Assembly: GCA_017857175.1 (NCBI GenBank)
Contig: JAFMDS010000002.1
Coordinates: 58,704-122,703 of the forward strand
Direction of reading: 5' to 3'
Length of the DNA stretch: 64,000 nucleotides
Source of the DNA: Candidatus Nanopelagicales bacterium
GTDB lineage: Bacteria > Actinomycetota > Actinomycetes > S36-B12
Shown here: in pieces, positions 1-12,288 of the stretch
How positions within the stretch are numbered: the stretch's first letter is position 1
Layout of the letters: the number at the start of each line of letters is the position of its first letter
The notes under the pieces: generated by a model
What the model was told of the DNA's origin: nothing
Database searches by the model: none
What the model saw: only the letters and a program-made list of their open reading frames with translations
Translations under genes and position numbers: made by a program

Positions 1-2376
1 ATAGTGCGGGAACGCAAAGGGGAATACCTCGACGTATTCAAACAGTTACAAATCGATGGTTACTCGCGCGTCCGAGTTGATGGTTCTACTTACACACTTG
101 ATGCAATTCCGAAACTCAAAAAACAGGATAAGCACACCATTGAGGTGGTGGTTGATCGATTGACGGTGAATCCTGAATCCCGACAACGCATGACCGACTC
201 CGTTGAGACTGCATTGGGACTTGGTCACGGAAATGTAGTTCTCGATTTTGTTGATCGGCAATCAGATGCTCCTGACAGGGAACTTGTTCTCAGTGAGCAT
301 TTGGCATGTGCCAGAGATGGACTTTCATTCGACGAACTAGAACCGCGTTCATTCTCGTTTAACTCGCCATTTGGAGCGTGCGTGGCTTGTTCCGGTCTGG
401 GAGTGATGCGCGAAGTTGACGAGGAACTGGTGATTCCTGATCCCAGTCTGAGTTTGAGTGAGGGAGTTATTGCGCCATGGTCTCGCGGGACGGTCAGTGA
501 ATATTTCTCGCGACTTCTCACGTCGGTATCCGAGGAATCCGGTATCGATATGGATACGCCGTGGTCTGCATTAAGTGCCAAGGCTCGCAAAGCGATTCTC
601 TATGGCACAGACACGGAACTCCATGTCCGATACAAAAATCGTTATGGACGCCAACGTTCTTATTACACAACCTACGAAGGTGTGATCAATTTTATCAAGC
701 GCAGACATGCCGAGGCGGATTCCGATTCTTCTCGCGAGCGCTTTGAAGGTTTCATGCGGGAGGTTCCTTGTACATCATGTAGCGGTACCCGACTTAAGCC
801 GTTAACCCTTGCTGTGACGATTTCCGATCACTCGATCGCTGAGATTGCTGCGCTGCCCATTAGTGCCGCCAGAGAGCTCTTGGCCGAGTTGAAACTTTCT
901 GAGCGCGACGCCGCAATCGCATCCCGCGTATTAAAAGAGGTCAATGAAAGGCTTCAGTTTCTCGTAGACGTCGGGTTACATTATTTGTCCTTGGATCGTG
1001 CGGCAGGAACATTGGCAGGGGGAGAGGCCCAGCGGATCCGATTAGCCACACAAATTGGATCTGGATTAACTGGAGTCCTCTATGTTTTGGATGAGCCGAG
1101 CATCGGCCTCCACCAAAGGGACAACGAGAGGCTCATAGAGACGCTATTGCGCTTGAGGGATCTTGGAAACACGCTCATTGTTGTGGAACACGATGAAGAC
1201 ACAATCCGCACAGCTGACTGGATCGTTGATATCGGCCCTGGGGCTGGTGAACACGGGGGCGAAGTTCTAGTCAGTGGCACGTTGAAAGAGCTCTTGAAGA
1301 ATAAGCAGTCCATTACCGGCGGATATATTTCAGGTCGCCTAAAAATCACCATCCCTGAAAATCGGCGTGACCAAGAACGTGGCTGGATTGGTGTTCGTGG
1401 CGCCCGTGAACATAATTTGCAAAATGTTGATGTGGATTTCCCGCTTGGAAATTTCGTCGTTGTTTCGGGCGTGAGTGGTTCAGGTAAGTCAACTTTGGTC
1501 AATGATGTCTTGCTCTCTGTGTTGTCCCGAGAATTAAATGGCGCATCGGTGGTGCCTGGAAAGCACACTCGAGTCATAGGTCTGGATCAAGTTGACAAAG
1601 TTGTTCATGTTGATCAAAGCCCGATTGGGCGCACTCCGCGTAGCAACCCCGCAACATACACGGGAGTCTTTGACAATATTCGTAAACTTTTTGCTGAAAC
1701 ACCTGAGGCGAAAATCAGGGGATATCTTCCGGGTCGATTCAGTTTCAATGTCAAGGGCGGCCGGTGTGAATCATGTAGTGGCGATGGCACACTCAAAATC
1801 GAGATGAATTTCTTGCCAGACGTCTATGTTCCCTGTGAGGTGTGCCACGGTTCAAGGTACAACAGGGAAACACTCGAGGTGCACTACAAAGGAAAAACCA
1901 TTGCTGAGGTTCTCGACATGCCCATAGAAGAAGCCAGCGAATTCTTTGCGGCGATCCCGCCAATCGCGCGGCACCTGAAGACTCTGGTTGAGGTGGGGTT
2001 GGGCTACGTACGCATGGGACAGTCAGCCCCCACACTTTCGGGAGGCGAGGCGCAGCGAGTGAAGCTTTCAGCCGAATTGCAAAAGCGTTCCACGGGCCGC
2101 ACTATTTACGTTCTCGATGAGCCCACGACTGGACTACATTTTGAGGACATCCGCAAACTTTTGTTGGTCCTTCAAAGTTTGGTGGACAAAGGAAACACTG
2201 TGGTCGTTATCGAACATAATCTTGATGTGATCAAGTCCGCAGACTGGATCATCGACATGGGGCCAGAGGGCGGCTCCGGTGGTGGCAAAGTTGTCGCACA
2301 AGGCCCGCCACTTCTTGTGGCACAGAATGAGGCAAGTCACACGGCACGATTTTTGCGAAAGTTAGAGTTAGTGTGA
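1..2376 (+). CDS. uvrA: excinuclease ABC subunit A (UvrA), 5' end truncated by the window edge
   Basis: The frame is open from base 1, and 790 aa are visible. Zinc-finger CxxC pairs are present ([33 protein letters not shown]). There are two ABC signatures ([23 protein letters not shown]), a Walker A (GVSGSGKST) and Walker B motifs ([16 protein letters not shown]). Confidence 0.97.
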   Translation: MVRERKGEYLDVFKQLQIDGYSRVRVDGSTYTLDAIPKLKKQDKHTIEVVVDRLTVNPESRQRMTDSVETALGLGHGNVVLDFVDRQSDAPDRELVLSEHLACARDGLSFDELEPRSFSFNSPFGACVACSGLGVMREVDEELVIPDPSLSLSEGVIAPWSRGTVSEYFSRLLTSVSEESGIDMDTPWSALSAKARKAILYGTDTELHVRYKNRYGRQRSYYTTYEGVINFIKRRHAEADSDSSRERFEGFMREVPCTSCSGTRLKPLTLAVTISDHSIAEIAALPISAARELLAELKLSERDAAIASRVLKEVNERLQFLVDVGLHYLSLDRAAGTLAGGEAQRIRLATQIGSGLTGVLYVLDEPSIGLHQRDNERLIETLLRLRDLGNTLIVVEHDEDTIRTADWIVDIGPGAGEHGGEVLVSGTLKELLKNKQSITGGYISGRLKITIPENRRDQERGWIGVRGAREHNLQNVDVDFPLGNFVVVSGVSGSGKSTLVNDVLLSVLSRELNGASVVPGKHTRVIGLDQVDKVVHVDQSPIGRTPRSNPATYTGVFDNIRKLFAETPEAKIRGYLPGRFSFNVKGGRCESCSGDGTLKIEMNFLPDVYVPCEVCHGSRYNRETLEVHYKGKTIAEVLDMPIEEASEFFAAIPPIARHLKTLVEVGLGYVRMGQSAPTLSGGEAQRVKLSAELQKRSTGRTIYVLDEPTTGLHFEDIRKLLLVLQSLVDKGNTVVVIEHNLDVIKSADWIIDMGPEGGSGGGKVVAQGPPLLVAQNEASHTARFLRKLELV

Positions 2377-2401
2377 GTGCGCAATCCGAGCTACGGGAAG
2401 G

Positions 2402-2830
2402 GTGGTTATGTCCAATTACTTGAATCAGGGAATTGAGCGTCGAGATTTTCTTAGGGCCGGTGTCATTGCTGGCGGTGTCGTTGCCGCGGGTACTACCTTG
2501 GCTGGTTGCGCCGCCGCAGAAGAAGGAGTCAAAGACGCAACCACAACAGCTTCTGTTCCACTGAGCGAGGTCGCCGTAGGAGGCGGTGTGGTTGTTGCGG
2601 ATCCTCCCGTTGTGGTGACTCAGCCATCATCGGGAGAAGTAAAGGCCTTCACGGCGATTTGCCCTCATGCAGGTTGTTTGGTTTCTGAAGTCGCAGACAA
2701 TGTGATTATCTGTCCTTGCCACGGTTCGAAATTTTCCGCTGAAGACGGTTCTGTCATCGCAGGTCCTGCGCCATCTGGGCTTGCTAGCGCCGCATACAAA
2801 GTAGAAGGCGACACTGTGACATTCGGCTAA
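2402..2830 (+). CDS. small exported Rieske [2Fe-2S] protein with a Tat signal and lipobox
   Basis: It has a twin-arginine motif (RRDFLRAG), a hydrophobic stretch, and the lipobox LAGC. The Rieske ligand boxes CPHAGC and CPCHGS are both present. The ATG at 2408 is an alternative start. Confidence 0.85.
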   Translation: MVMSNYLNQGIERRDFLRAGVIAGGVVAAGTTLAGCAAAEEGVKDATTTASVPLSEVAVGGGVVVADPPVVVTQPSSGEVKAFTAICPHAGCLVSEVADNVIICPCHGSKFSAEDGSVIAGPAPSGLASAAYKVEGDTVTFG

Positions 2831-2859
2831 AGGCTGAGAAACACAGGTCCAGAGGATGT

Positions 2860-4731
2860 ATGCGCATGAGTGATCCAAGTTCATACAGGCCCGCTGCTGG
2901 GAGCATCCCAACTCAGCCTGGTGTGTATCGATTCCGAGATTCCGATGGGCGCGTGGTCTATGTTGGCAAGGCTAAGAACCTTCGATCTCGCCTGAATTCG
3001 TATTTTCAAGATTTTGCTGGCCTGCATTCAAGAACACAGCGAATGGTCACTACCGCTAATTCTGTCGATTGGATGGTGGTTGGAAGCGAAGTGGAGGCAT
3101 TAGTTCTCGAATACTCGTGGATTAAAGAGTATTCACCTCGCTTCAATGTCCGGTTCCGTGACGATAAGTCATATCCATATTTGGCTATCACGGTGGACGA
3201 GGAGTTCCCACGGGTATCAGTAGTCCGCGAAGCCAAGCGCAAGGGAACTCGATATTTTGGCCCATATGCACATGCGTGGGCCGTGAAATCGACGCTCGAT
3301 GAATTGATCAAAGTCTTCCCCATTCGCTCCTGCCGAGATGGAGTGTTCAAGCAGGCCAAACGTACACAGAGAGCTTGCTTGCTCGGCTACATTGAGAAAT
3401 GCAGTGCACCATGTGTGGGAAAAATCGATGCCGAGGACTATTCCCAGCTTGTACAGGACATGATCAAGTTTCTCAACGGCAATTCCAAGAGCTTTTTAAC
3501 AGCAGTCCAAAAAAAGATGGCAGAGGCTGCCGACGCTCAAGACTATGAGGCTGCGGCCAAGTGGAGAGACCGTGCACTGGCAATGGAGAAAGTACTTGAG
3601 CGCAATGCGGTAGTCCTCGAGGATGACACGGACGCGGACCTATTTGCAATGGTCATGAGGGAGCTTGATATCGGTGTACAAGTGTTTCACGTGCGGAAAG
3701 GTCGCATCAGTGGAGAAAGGTTCTTCGCCCTTGAGCGGGGCGAAGATCTTCAGGATGCCGGCTATGTCGAACGAATTTTAACTCGCTTCTACACCGATGT
3801 GGCCGAAAATGGGGTGCCTCGTGAAGTTTTGGTTTCACTTGCACCGGAGAATATCGAGGTATCCGCGAAATGGCTCAGTCAGATACGAGGGTCAAACGTT
3901 GACATTAGGGTTCCGCAGCGGGGTGACAAACGGACGTTGATGCAGACAGCGTCAGACAACGCTGAACGTGCACTGAACAAGTACCTCATCGAACAATCCG
4001 CTGACATCACCGTGCGGACTCAGGCCCTGAACTCGTTGCAAGGGCTCCTGCTGCTCCCAGAGCCGCCACTGCGAATTGAATGCATCGATATTTCAACTCT
4101 TCAAGGGACAGACACGGTTGGTTCATTGGTGGTTTTTGAAGATGCAATTCCAAAAAAGAAGGACTATCGAACCTTCATCATTAAGGGTGAGAACAAGGAT
4201 GATTTATCGGCTGTCTATGAAGTGGTATCGCGTCGATTCAAGATACGCGCCGATTTGGCGGAGGACAAACGATTTGCCTATCAACCAAGTCTGCTCGTGA
4301 TCGATGGCGCGAAAGGGCAAGTCGATTCTGCCCAACGTGCATTGAATGAATTAGGCGTCGATGTTCCTGTCGTGGGTCTGGCAAAACGAATGGAGGAGGT
4401 GTGGAAGTCAGGAGAGATGGAACCTTTGATTCTTCCGAGGAATAGCCCCGCCCTTCACCTCTTGCAGAGAGTGCGCGACGAGTCTCACCGAGTTGCCATT
4501 TCCTTCCATCGATCAAAGCGCGGAAAGAGGGCGATTCTGAGCGAGCTTGATTCCATCCCTGGGCTTGGTCCCGCCCGGAAACAAGCCCTGATTCAAGAGT
4601 TTGGGTCCGTTAAAAATCTAACACAAGCGTCGGTAGAGCAAATCCAGGCTGTACCGGGAATCGGGCCCAATCTCGCTGAAGTTATATCGACGACCTTACA
4701 GACATCGAATTCCTCCGGGTCGGATGCTTGA
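2860..4731 (+). CDS. uvrC: excinuclease ABC subunit C (UvrC)
   Basis: The N-terminal GIY-YIG motif is present (GVYRFRD..GRVVYVGKAKNLRSRLNSYF). A UVR-like segment (DYEAAAKWRDR) and a C-terminal helix-hairpin-helix (IPGLGPARKQAL..VPGIGPNLAE) follow. The length of 623 aa is typical. Confidence 0.97.
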   Translation: MRMSDPSSYRPAAGSIPTQPGVYRFRDSDGRVVYVGKAKNLRSRLNSYFQDFAGLHSRTQRMVTTANSVDWMVVGSEVEALVLEYSWIKEYSPRFNVRFRDDKSYPYLAITVDEEFPRVSVVREAKRKGTRYFGPYAHAWAVKSTLDELIKVFPIRSCRDGVFKQAKRTQRACLLGYIEKCSAPCVGKIDAEDYSQLVQDMIKFLNGNSKSFLTAVQKKMAEAADAQDYEAAAKWRDRALAMEKVLERNAVVLEDDTDADLFAMVMRELDIGVQVFHVRKGRISGERFFALERGEDLQDAGYVERILTRFYTDVAENGVPREVLVSLAPENIEVSAKWLSQIRGSNVDIRVPQRGDKRTLMQTASDNAERALNKYLIEQSADITVRTQALNSLQGLLLLPEPPLRIECIDISTLQGTDTVGSLVVFEDAIPKKKDYRTFIIKGENKDDLSAVYEVVSRRFKIRADLAEDKRFAYQPSLLVIDGAKGQVDSAQRALNELGVDVPVVGLAKRMEEVWKSGEMEPLILPRNSPALHLLQRVRDESHRVAISFHRSKRGKRAILSELDSIPGLGPARKQALIQEFGSVKNLTQASVEQIQAVPGIGPNLAEVISTTLQTSNSSGSDA

Positions 4732-4789
4732 CGTATCGGGTATTTTATAAACAAGATTTTGCGATGAGTATGTGAATAATCCGGCATGA

Positions 4790-5677
4790 ATGATCAAGGG
4801 AATTTGCTCAATGGATGATTCCGTTTTTGAACTGACAGTCCTAACAGGAATGAGCGGTGCTGGTCGAACGACTGCTGCGCGCGCGTTGGAGGACTTGGGC
4901 TGGTTCGTCATTGATAACCTGCCTCCAACTTTGATGTCCGATGCCATCGATCTTGCGCGGCGAAGTGCTGACGTCAAACGAATGGCCGTTGTTGTTGATA
5001 CTCGCGGTAGGTCGTTTTTTGCGCAACTGAGTCAATCATTGGCTGAAGTTGCATCGGGTAATACTCGAATCAACATTATTTTCCTTGAGGCGACTGACGA
5101 GAGCCTGGTCCGTAGGTTTGAGTCTTCGAGGCGTCCCCACCCGTTACAAGGCGAGCAAAGAATAATCGATGGACTCGCTCGCGAGCGAGAGCTATTACAA
5201 GACATACGTGGCGTGGCTGATCAAGTCATTGATACAACGTCGCTGAATGTTCATGACTTGCGCAGACGTATCGAAGCTGCGTTCAGCTTAGATTCTAATC
5301 CCGAATTCCACATCACAGTGTTGTCCTTTGGCTTCAAATATGGCATCCCGGTTGATGCCGACATGGTGGCGGATGTTCGTTTCTTGCCAAACCCCTATTG
5401 GGATGAACAACTCAGACCGTTGACAGGTCAGGATCAGGCGGTTTCGGAGAGCGTCCTAGAGCGACCGGGGGCATCATCGTTTCTCGATCATTTTGAGGAT
5501 CTGCTGGCCACAATGCGCGAAGGATATTTACGGGAGGGGAAAAGGCTCGTGACCGTTGCCATCGGATGTACCGGTGGGAAACATCGCAGTGTGGCCATGA
5601 CCGAGGCACTTGCTGAGCGGTTTCGAGGGGTAGGGATCGATACGGTGGTCTTTCACCGAGACCTCGGGCGCGAATGA
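4790..5677 (+). CDS. rapZ: RNase adapter / nucleotide-binding protein RapZ (YvcJ family)
   Basis: It has the P-loop GMSGAGRTT and the C-terminal motif GCTGGKHRSV. It sits in the conserved rapZ-yvcK-whiA order. The true start may be the ATG at 4811. Confidence 0.92.
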   Translation: MIKGICSMDDSVFELTVLTGMSGAGRTTAARALEDLGWFVIDNLPPTLMSDAIDLARRSADVKRMAVVVDTRGRSFFAQLSQSLAEVASGNTRINIIFLEATDESLVRRFESSRRPHPLQGEQRIIDGLARERELLQDIRGVADQVIDTTSLNVHDLRRRIEAAFSLDSNPEFHITVLSFGFKYGIPVDADMVADVRFLPNPYWDEQLRPLTGQDQAVSESVLERPGASSFLDHFEDLLATMREGYLREGKRLVTVAIGCTGGKHRSVAMTEALAERFRGVGIDTVVFHRDLGRE

Positions 5678-6699
5678 AGGCAGTAAAAAGTGCAACTCGA
5701 ATCGTTGCATTTGGAGGAGGGCATGGACTCTCTGCAACTTTGCGGGCACTGAGCATTTGCAAGGGCAGCCACCCGGAAAACCAAATTGAGATAACGGCCG
5801 TTGTTGGAGTGTCAGATGATGGTGGCTCGAGCGGCAGATTGCGCAATGAGTTCCCCATAGTGCCACCGGGCGACCTTCGTATGGCGCTTGCAGCATTGTC
5901 ACCTGAGGTCGATAGCGAACTGGGATATGAAGTTGAACCAGATCCGATCAGTTCATGGAGACAGCTGCTTCAGTACCGCTTTCCCAATACAAGTGAATCG
6001 GGATTGGCTGGACATGTAACGGGGAATATTCTCCTGACAGCCTTATGGAATAGCGGCTATTCCCCTGTGCAAGGACTGCAAATTTTGGGTCTTTTATTAG
6101 GCATTGATGGCACGGTCTTGCCGTGCAGTGAAGAGCCAATAGAAATTGAAGCGGAAATAGGCTGGAACTCCAATTCTGCGGATAGCTTCGTTGAGACTGT
6201 CACAGGGCAAGTGTCCATCGCAGGCACGAGTGGGACGGTGAACTCCGTGGCAATCATCCCGCCTAACCCACGTGAGTGTCCAGAGGCAATCGAAGCGGTC
6301 AGGGCAGCCGATGTTCTCATTTTCGGTCCGGGTTCATGGTTTACATCGGTTGTTCCTCACCTATTGGTCCCGAGTATTTTCCGAGCCGTAAACGACAGTG
6401 CGGCGATGAAGGTCCTGCTGATCAATTTAGGGCCGCAATTAGGTGAGACGACGGGCTTTGAAGCCAAGGACTATTTAGTCTCGTGGGCTGATTTATTTCC
6501 TGAAATAGAACTGGATCTCGTTATTGCCGACCCAAAAAGTATTTCGAACGGTAGCGAATTTGAAACTACAGCGCGAGGACTGGGAATCAGTGTGCTCTGG
6601 AAAGAGGTTGCTGGCTCGGGTGAAACACACGACCCACGGTTGCTTGCGCGGGCCTTCGATACAGTAATGACTATGAAACGAGGCACTACATGGCAATGA
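5674..6699 (+). CDS. yvcK: gluconeogenesis factor YvcK/CuvA (UPF0052, CofD-like)
   Basis: The N-terminal motif VAFGGGHGL is present and the length is 341 aa. A 4-bp ATGA overlap joins it to rapZ. It lies directly upstream of whiA, as is usual in Gram-positive bacteria. Confidence 0.9.
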   Translation: MKAVKSATRIVAFGGGHGLSATLRALSICKGSHPENQIEITAVVGVSDDGGSSGRLRNEFPIVPPGDLRMALAALSPEVDSELGYEVEPDPISSWRQLLQYRFPNTSESGLAGHVTGNILLTALWNSGYSPVQGLQILGLLLGIDGTVLPCSEEPIEIEAEIGWNSNSADSFVETVTGQVSIAGTSGTVNSVAIIPPNPRECPEAIEAVRAADVLIFGPGSWFTSVVPHLLVPSIFRAVNDSAAMKVLLINLGPQLGETTGFEAKDYLVSWADLFPEIELDLVIADPKSISNGSEFETTARGLGISVLWKEVAGSGETHDPRLLARAFDTVMTMKRGTTWQ

Positions 6700-7670
6700 C
6701 CGCCGCTGTAAAGGACGAACTCAGTCGCGTTGAAGTCACCAAAGCTTGTTGCCGAAAGGCTGAGGTGTCGACAATATTGCGCTTTGCCAGTGGGCTGCAC
6801 CTCGTCAACCGTCAAATTGTGGTGGAAGCCGATCTTGATACTGGAGCGGCCGCTCGAAGGCTGCGCAAAGACATTTTCGATATCTACGGTCATGAGAGCG
6901 ATATTGCGCTGGTTCAAGGCACGGGTATCAAAAAGGGAACTCGTTATTTAGTGCGGGTTGTTAACGGAGGAGAGCAGCTCGCTCGCCAGACCGGTGTAGT
7001 CGATGCGAGCGGACGTCCTGTTCGAGGTTTACCACCGGCAATTGTTGCGGGTGCATTGTGTGATTGCGTGTCTGCGTGGCGCGCTGCGTTTCTCGCACAT
7101 GGCTCTTTAACGGAGCCAGGGCGCTCGTCGTCGCTGGAAATAACCTGCCCTGGACCGGAAGCCGCTTTGGCTCTCGTTGGTGCGGCGCGCAGATTAGGAC
7201 TAGCAGCGAAATCTCGTGAAGTTCGAGGTGTGGATCGGGTCGTCATCCGAGACGGAGATGCCATTGGGGCCATGCTGACTAAGTTGGGCGCTCACGAGGC
7301 AATGATGGCGTGGGAAGAGCGTCGCATGCGCCGTGAAGTTCGGGCCACAGCAAATAGATTGGCGAACTTCGACGATGCCAATCTGCGCAGATCCGCTCGA
7401 GCTGCGGTTGCCGCAGGAGCCAGGGTTCAGCGGGCGCTGGAGATTTTGGGTCCTGAGGTGCCAGACCACCTTGTTGTTGCGGGAAGGTTGAGAATGGAGC
7501 ACCAGCAAGCGAGTTTGGAGGAGCTTGGGGCGCTCAGCGACCCACCCATGACTAAAGACGCCATTGCCGGTCGCATTCGTCGCCTTTTGGCATTGGCGGA
7601 TAAGCGTGCGGGTGAGCTCGGTATCCCCGATACCGAGTCGGCGGTATCTGACTCTGAATCCGGTGAGTAG
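6690..7670 (+). CDS. whiA: DNA-binding sporulation/cell-division regulator WhiA
   Basis: The N-terminus reads [19 protein letters not shown], and a C-terminal HTH region follows ([23 protein letters not shown]). The 326 aa length and the position after yvcK both fit WhiA. Confidence 0.92.
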   Translation: MAMTAAVKDELSRVEVTKACCRKAEVSTILRFASGLHLVNRQIVVEADLDTGAAARRLRKDIFDIYGHESDIALVQGTGIKKGTRYLVRVVNGGEQLARQTGVVDASGRPVRGLPPAIVAGALCDCVSAWRAAFLAHGSLTEPGRSSSLEITCPGPEAALALVGAARRLGLAAKSREVRGVDRVVIRDGDAIGAMLTKLGAHEAMMAWEERRMRREVRATANRLANFDDANLRRSARAAVAAGARVQRALEILGPEVPDHLVVAGRLRMEHQQASLEELGALSDPPMTKDAIAGRIRRLLALADKRAGELGIPDTESAVSDSESGE

Positions 7671-7719
7671 CGTCAATTCCCATCGGACGGGCGGAGCAAG
7701 CCCCGTAACATATTGGTAA

Positions 7720-8808
<1,089 letters not shown>

Positions 8809-8810
8809 TC

Positions 8811-10007
8811 GTGAGATCTCTTTCTGACCTACCATTGGGTAATTCAACGGTCGCACTTCGATGCGATTTCAATGTTCCACTGGATTCAAGGGGAGTCATC
8901 ACCGATGACCTGCGGATCCGTGCAGCGTTGCCCACTATCGAATATCTACTCGCGCAGTCTGCGAAGGTGGTAATACTTTCGCACCTTGGCAGGCCTAAGG
9001 GCCAAACTGTTGACGCACTGTCACTGGCTCCCGTCGCTAAGAGACTTGCAGAGTTACTCAACCGGCCGGTGAATTTTTTAGCTTCGCGTGATCCTGCAGA
9101 GGTTTCTCGGGCTGTGTCAGAAGCACCTGCTAATTCAGTAACGCTGCTAGAAAATGTTCGGTTCGATCCAAGGGAGACGAGCAAGGACCCTTCGGAACGC
9201 GAGGCTCTCGCGCGAGAGTGGGCTCAGTGGGCTGAATTCTTCGTGTCAGATGGATTTGGCGTTGTACATCGCTCTCAGGCATCAGTCACTGAGATTGCGG
9301 CCCTGGTGCCCTCAGCTGCGGGACTCCTGGTTGAGAGAGAGTCGGGCGTATTCGCCGCGATCCTCGATGCACCAGCTCGTCCTTCAACTGTGATCTTGGG
9401 CGGCAGTAAGGTCGGAGACAAACTCGGAGTCATTGAATCATTACTTCCGCGGGTCGATAATCTCCTGATCGGTGGAGGCATGGCCTACACCTTCCTGCTT
9501 GCCCAGGGCAAAGAGGTGGGGCAGTCACTACAACAGCCAGATTTCGTTGAGGACGTCCGGGCATTCATGGCGCAGGCAACTGAGTTAGGAGTGCGGCTCC
9601 TGCTTCCTGTCGATTTCGTCGTGGCAGATAGCTTTGACGCGAAAGCGAAGACTCAGATTGTCTCTGCGGATTCCATTCCGGCTGATTGGATGGGGCTTGA
9701 TATTGGTCCGCTCACTCGTCAGGAATACGCTGATGTAATCGCGCAATCCGCCACGGTCGTGTGGAACGGACCCATGGGAGTTTTCGAAATGGAGCCGTTT
9801 GCAGGGGGCACGCTTGCCATTGCTCAAGCAATGGCAGAAAGTGGTGCCTACACGGTGATCGGTGGGGGTGATTCCGCGGCTGCGGTTCGAGTGCTTGAAG
9901 TCGATGAGACTAAGTTTGACCACATTAGTACCGGCGGCGGAGCCAGCCTTGAATTCCTTGAAGGTAAGTCATTGCCAGGTTTAGCAGTCTTGAAAGGACA
10001 AAAATGA
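8811..10007 (+). CDS. pgk: phosphoglycerate kinase
   Basis: Motifs [28 protein letters not shown] and GGGDSAAA are present. The length is 398 aa, in gap-pgk-tpiA order. Confidence 0.97.
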   Translation: MRSLSDLPLGNSTVALRCDFNVPLDSRGVITDDLRIRAALPTIEYLLAQSAKVVILSHLGRPKGQTVDALSLAPVAKRLAELLNRPVNFLASRDPAEVSRAVSEAPANSVTLLENVRFDPRETSKDPSEREALAREWAQWAEFFVSDGFGVVHRSQASVTEIAALVPSAAGLLVERESGVFAAILDAPARPSTVILGGSKVGDKLGVIESLLPRVDNLLIGGGMAYTFLLAQGKEVGQSLQQPDFVEDVRAFMAQATELGVRLLLPVDFVVADSFDAKAKTQIVSADSIPADWMGLDIGPLTRQEYADVIAQSATVVWNGPMGVFEMEPFAGGTLAIAQAMAESGAYTVIGGGDSAAAVRVLEVDETKFDHISTGGGASLEFLEGKSLPGLAVLKGQK

Positions 10008-10834
10008 GTGGTTCGGCGTCAAATGTCATGCCGTCAAAGCCCAAGAAGCCGGCTCGCATGCCGCTGATGGCAGGCAATTGGAAAATGAACATAAATCATT
10101 TTGAGGCGATAGCACTGGTTCAGAAGTTGGCATTTGCCCTCAATGAAGCAGATTTTGAAGCCGTTGACGTCGCTGTCATCCCTCCGTTTACCGACCTGCG
10201 TTCTGTTCAGACGCTGATTGAAGGAGACAAATACGATATTCGCTATGGCGCCCAAGATCTTTCTCCTTTTGATAGAGGTGCCCATACGGGCGACATTTCA
10301 GCCAGTATGTTGGCCAAACTTGGTTGCACATTTGTATTGACAGGGCACAGCGAGCGCAGGGAAAACCATTCCGAGTCTGATGCGGTGGTCAATGCCAAGA
10401 CGAAGATTGCTATCGCCAACGAATTGACTCCAATCGTGTGTGTTGGAGAAGGGCTGGCAATACGCGAGTCAGGTGAGGCTGTATCCCATGTACTGTCCCA
10501 GGTCGATGGATCATTGGCTGGCCTCAGTGAATCCCAGGTCGCCAGCTTGGTAATCGCCTATGAACCCATATGGGCAATCGGTACGGGATTGGTTGCCACG
10601 CCAGAGGATGCGCAGGAGGTATGCCATGCGATAAGGGAACACGTGGCGTCTTCGTGGGGTGCTGATGCAGCTAAGAGTGTACGAATCCTTTATGGGGGAT
10701 CGGTTAAAGCTGACAATGTGGCTGGAATTATGGCGAAAACGGACATTGACGGCGCCCTGGTGGGTGGCGCGAGCCTGGATGCAGACGAATTTGTCGGCAT
10801 TGTGCGTTATCGCCTGCACCCTGTTGAAGGGTAA
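10004..10834 (+). CDS. tpiA: triose-phosphate isomerase
   Basis: Motifs AGNWKMN, GHSERR and [11 protein letters not shown] are present. A 4-bp overlap joins it to pgk. Confidence 0.96.
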   Translation: MSGSASNVMPSKPKKPARMPLMAGNWKMNINHFEAIALVQKLAFALNEADFEAVDVAVIPPFTDLRSVQTLIEGDKYDIRYGAQDLSPFDRGAHTGDISASMLAKLGCTFVLTGHSERRENHSESDAVVNAKTKIAIANELTPIVCVGEGLAIRESGEAVSHVLSQVDGSLAGLSESQVASLVIAYEPIWAIGTGLVATPEDAQEVCHAIREHVASSWGADAAKSVRILYGGSVKADNVAGIMAKTDIDGALVGGASLDADEFVGIVRYRLHPVEG

Positions 10835-10917
10835 AAGGGACTTTCACATATCCTGTCCTATGGCTCAACTCGTCGGGCACCGCGCGGCGAACATATCTGA
10901 AAGGTCTGCACACCAGC

Positions 10918-11166
10918 ATGATTAATGCCATCACAATCGCACTTGCAGTGATTCTGATTATCACGAGTGTGCTGCTTATCGTTTTGATTCTCCTGCACCG
11001 AGGCAAAGGTGGGGGGTTGTCAGATCTATTCGGCGGCGGTGTCAGTTCCTCCGTCGGTGGCTCTTCCGTTGCAGAGAAGAACCTAGACCGACTTACGGTG
11101 GCATTGGGCCTGATCTGGGCTGCCTGCATTGTGGGCGTTGGACTTCTGGTACGTACGGGCTCCTAG
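10918..11166 (+). CDS. secG: preprotein translocase subunit SecG
   Basis: The 82-aa protein has two hydrophobic helices flanking the Gly-rich loop HRGKGGGLSDLFGGG. It sits after tpiA, as in other actinobacteria. Confidence 0.9.
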   Translation: MINAITIALAVILIITSVLLIVLILLHRGKGGGLSDLFGGGVSSSVGGSSVAEKNLDRLTVALGLIWAACIVGVGLLVRTGS

Positions 11167-11220
11167 TTGTAGTTGCATCATCTGATCCTTTAAACCTCAC
11201 ACGACGTTAGGAACAATCAC

Positions 11221-11553
11221 ATGGCTGGTGGAAGTGCAATTCGGGGTAGTCGGGTCGGCGCAGGTCCCATGGGCGAAGCAGAGCGTGGCGAAGCCGCTCC
11301 GCGCTTCTTTGTCTCCTTTTGGTGTAGCCGCAAACACGAGTCCAAGCCGAGTTTTGCTCTTGAAGCAGAAATCCCTGAAGAATGGGACTGTCCTCGATGT
11401 GGTTTGCCTGCTGGGACGGACAAGGATAACCCGCCGCAACCACCGAAAATTGAGCCTTATAAAACCCATTTGGCCTATGTCAAAGAACGTCGCTCAGACA
11501 AAGACGGTGCAGCAATACTCCAAGAGGCAATTGACAAATTACACGGAAAATAA
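11221..11553 (+). CDS. rbpA: RNA polymerase-binding protein RbpA
   Basis: The 110-aa protein contains IRGSRVGAGPMGEAERGE..FWC..H..CPRCG and the C-terminal sigma-interaction-like segment KTHLAYVKERRS..LLEEA-like. This matches the remembered RbpA architecture. Confidence 0.88.
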   Translation: MAGGSAIRGSRVGAGPMGEAERGEAAPRFFVSFWCSRKHESKPSFALEAEIPEEWDCPRCGLPAGTDKDNPPQPPKIEPYKTHLAYVKERRSDKDGAAILQEAIDKLHGK

Positions 11554-11567
11554 TGGTCGTTTGATTG

Positions 11568-12278
11568 TCAGCCGAGGATTAAGATTTCGCGAGCACTGAT
11601 GCCGCGTGCAGGCGTCTCTTGAATCGAACCAATCCGTGCTGCTAGCCGCTGCCTAGCCTGATCTTTTGCCGGGCCCGATGCCAATATGACAGTGATTGAC
11701 GAGCAATTGAGTGTTGACAATGACATTGTGATTCGTTGCGGCGGTGGTTTTGGAGAGTTTTCCAAACCAAAGCAAATGCCGGTATCGGTGAGCAAAGACG
11801 AATGGGGAAATAGCGAGGCTACGTGCCCATCGGGTCCTAGTCCCAGCAGTACAACGTCGAATTGGGGTGTGGACAAGGTTCCAGAGGCAAATCGCGCGAG
11901 GTCGTTCGCGTAAATTTGAGCAGCTTCATAGACGTTGTTGCAGTTTTCTGTTGAGGGGGCGCGATGCACATTTTCAGCGATGTAGAAATCTCCGAGCAGT
12001 TTCTCGACGTCATGATCATTACGCAATTCTGAGTTGACCGATACAAAGCGCTCATCGCCCCACCAAATATGAACGTGCGCCCATAATCGTGGCGGCAAGG
12101 CATTGGCGACTTCCTTCAGACGACTCGTAACCATCATTCCCACACCGCCCCCAGTGAGAACGATGTGGTGCAACGCATCCGGCTCAGGTGCATCTCGATC
12201 AGCAGACGTGAGATGGGTAATGAGTATTGCAAGAGCTTGTTCCACGCATTGCTCAGCGGTCAGATGGCTAATAATCAT
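11568..12278 (-). CDS. pgl: 6-phosphogluconolactonase (DevB/Pgl)
   Basis: The 236-aa protein has LTGGG, WWGDERFV and LLGLGPDGHVASLFP motifs of the SOL/DevB family. It is the last gene of the tkt-tal-zwf-opcA-pgl operon. Confidence 0.88.
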   Translation of the reverse strand: MIISHLTAEQCVEQALAILITHLTSADRDAPEPDALHHIVLTGGGVGMMVTSRLKEVANALPPRLWAHVHIWWGDERFVSVNSELRNDHDVEKLLGDFYIAENVHRAPSTENCNNVYEAAQIYANDLARFASGTLSTPQFDVVLLGLGPDGHVASLFPHSSLLTDTGICFGLENSPKPPPQRITMSLSTLNCSSITVILASGPAKDQARQRLAARIGSIQETPARGISAREILILG

Positions 12279-12288
12279 TGGTTATTGG

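Noticed and set aside
11197-11599. Several overlapping ORFs of 68-123 aa on both strands around rbpA (11228-11599 +, 11197-11469 -, 11207-11443 -, 11217-11423 -)
   Set aside because: Only the 11221-11553 frame gives a recognisable protein (RbpA). The others are alternative-frame or antisense shadows with low-complexity, Arg/Ser/Pro-rich translations.
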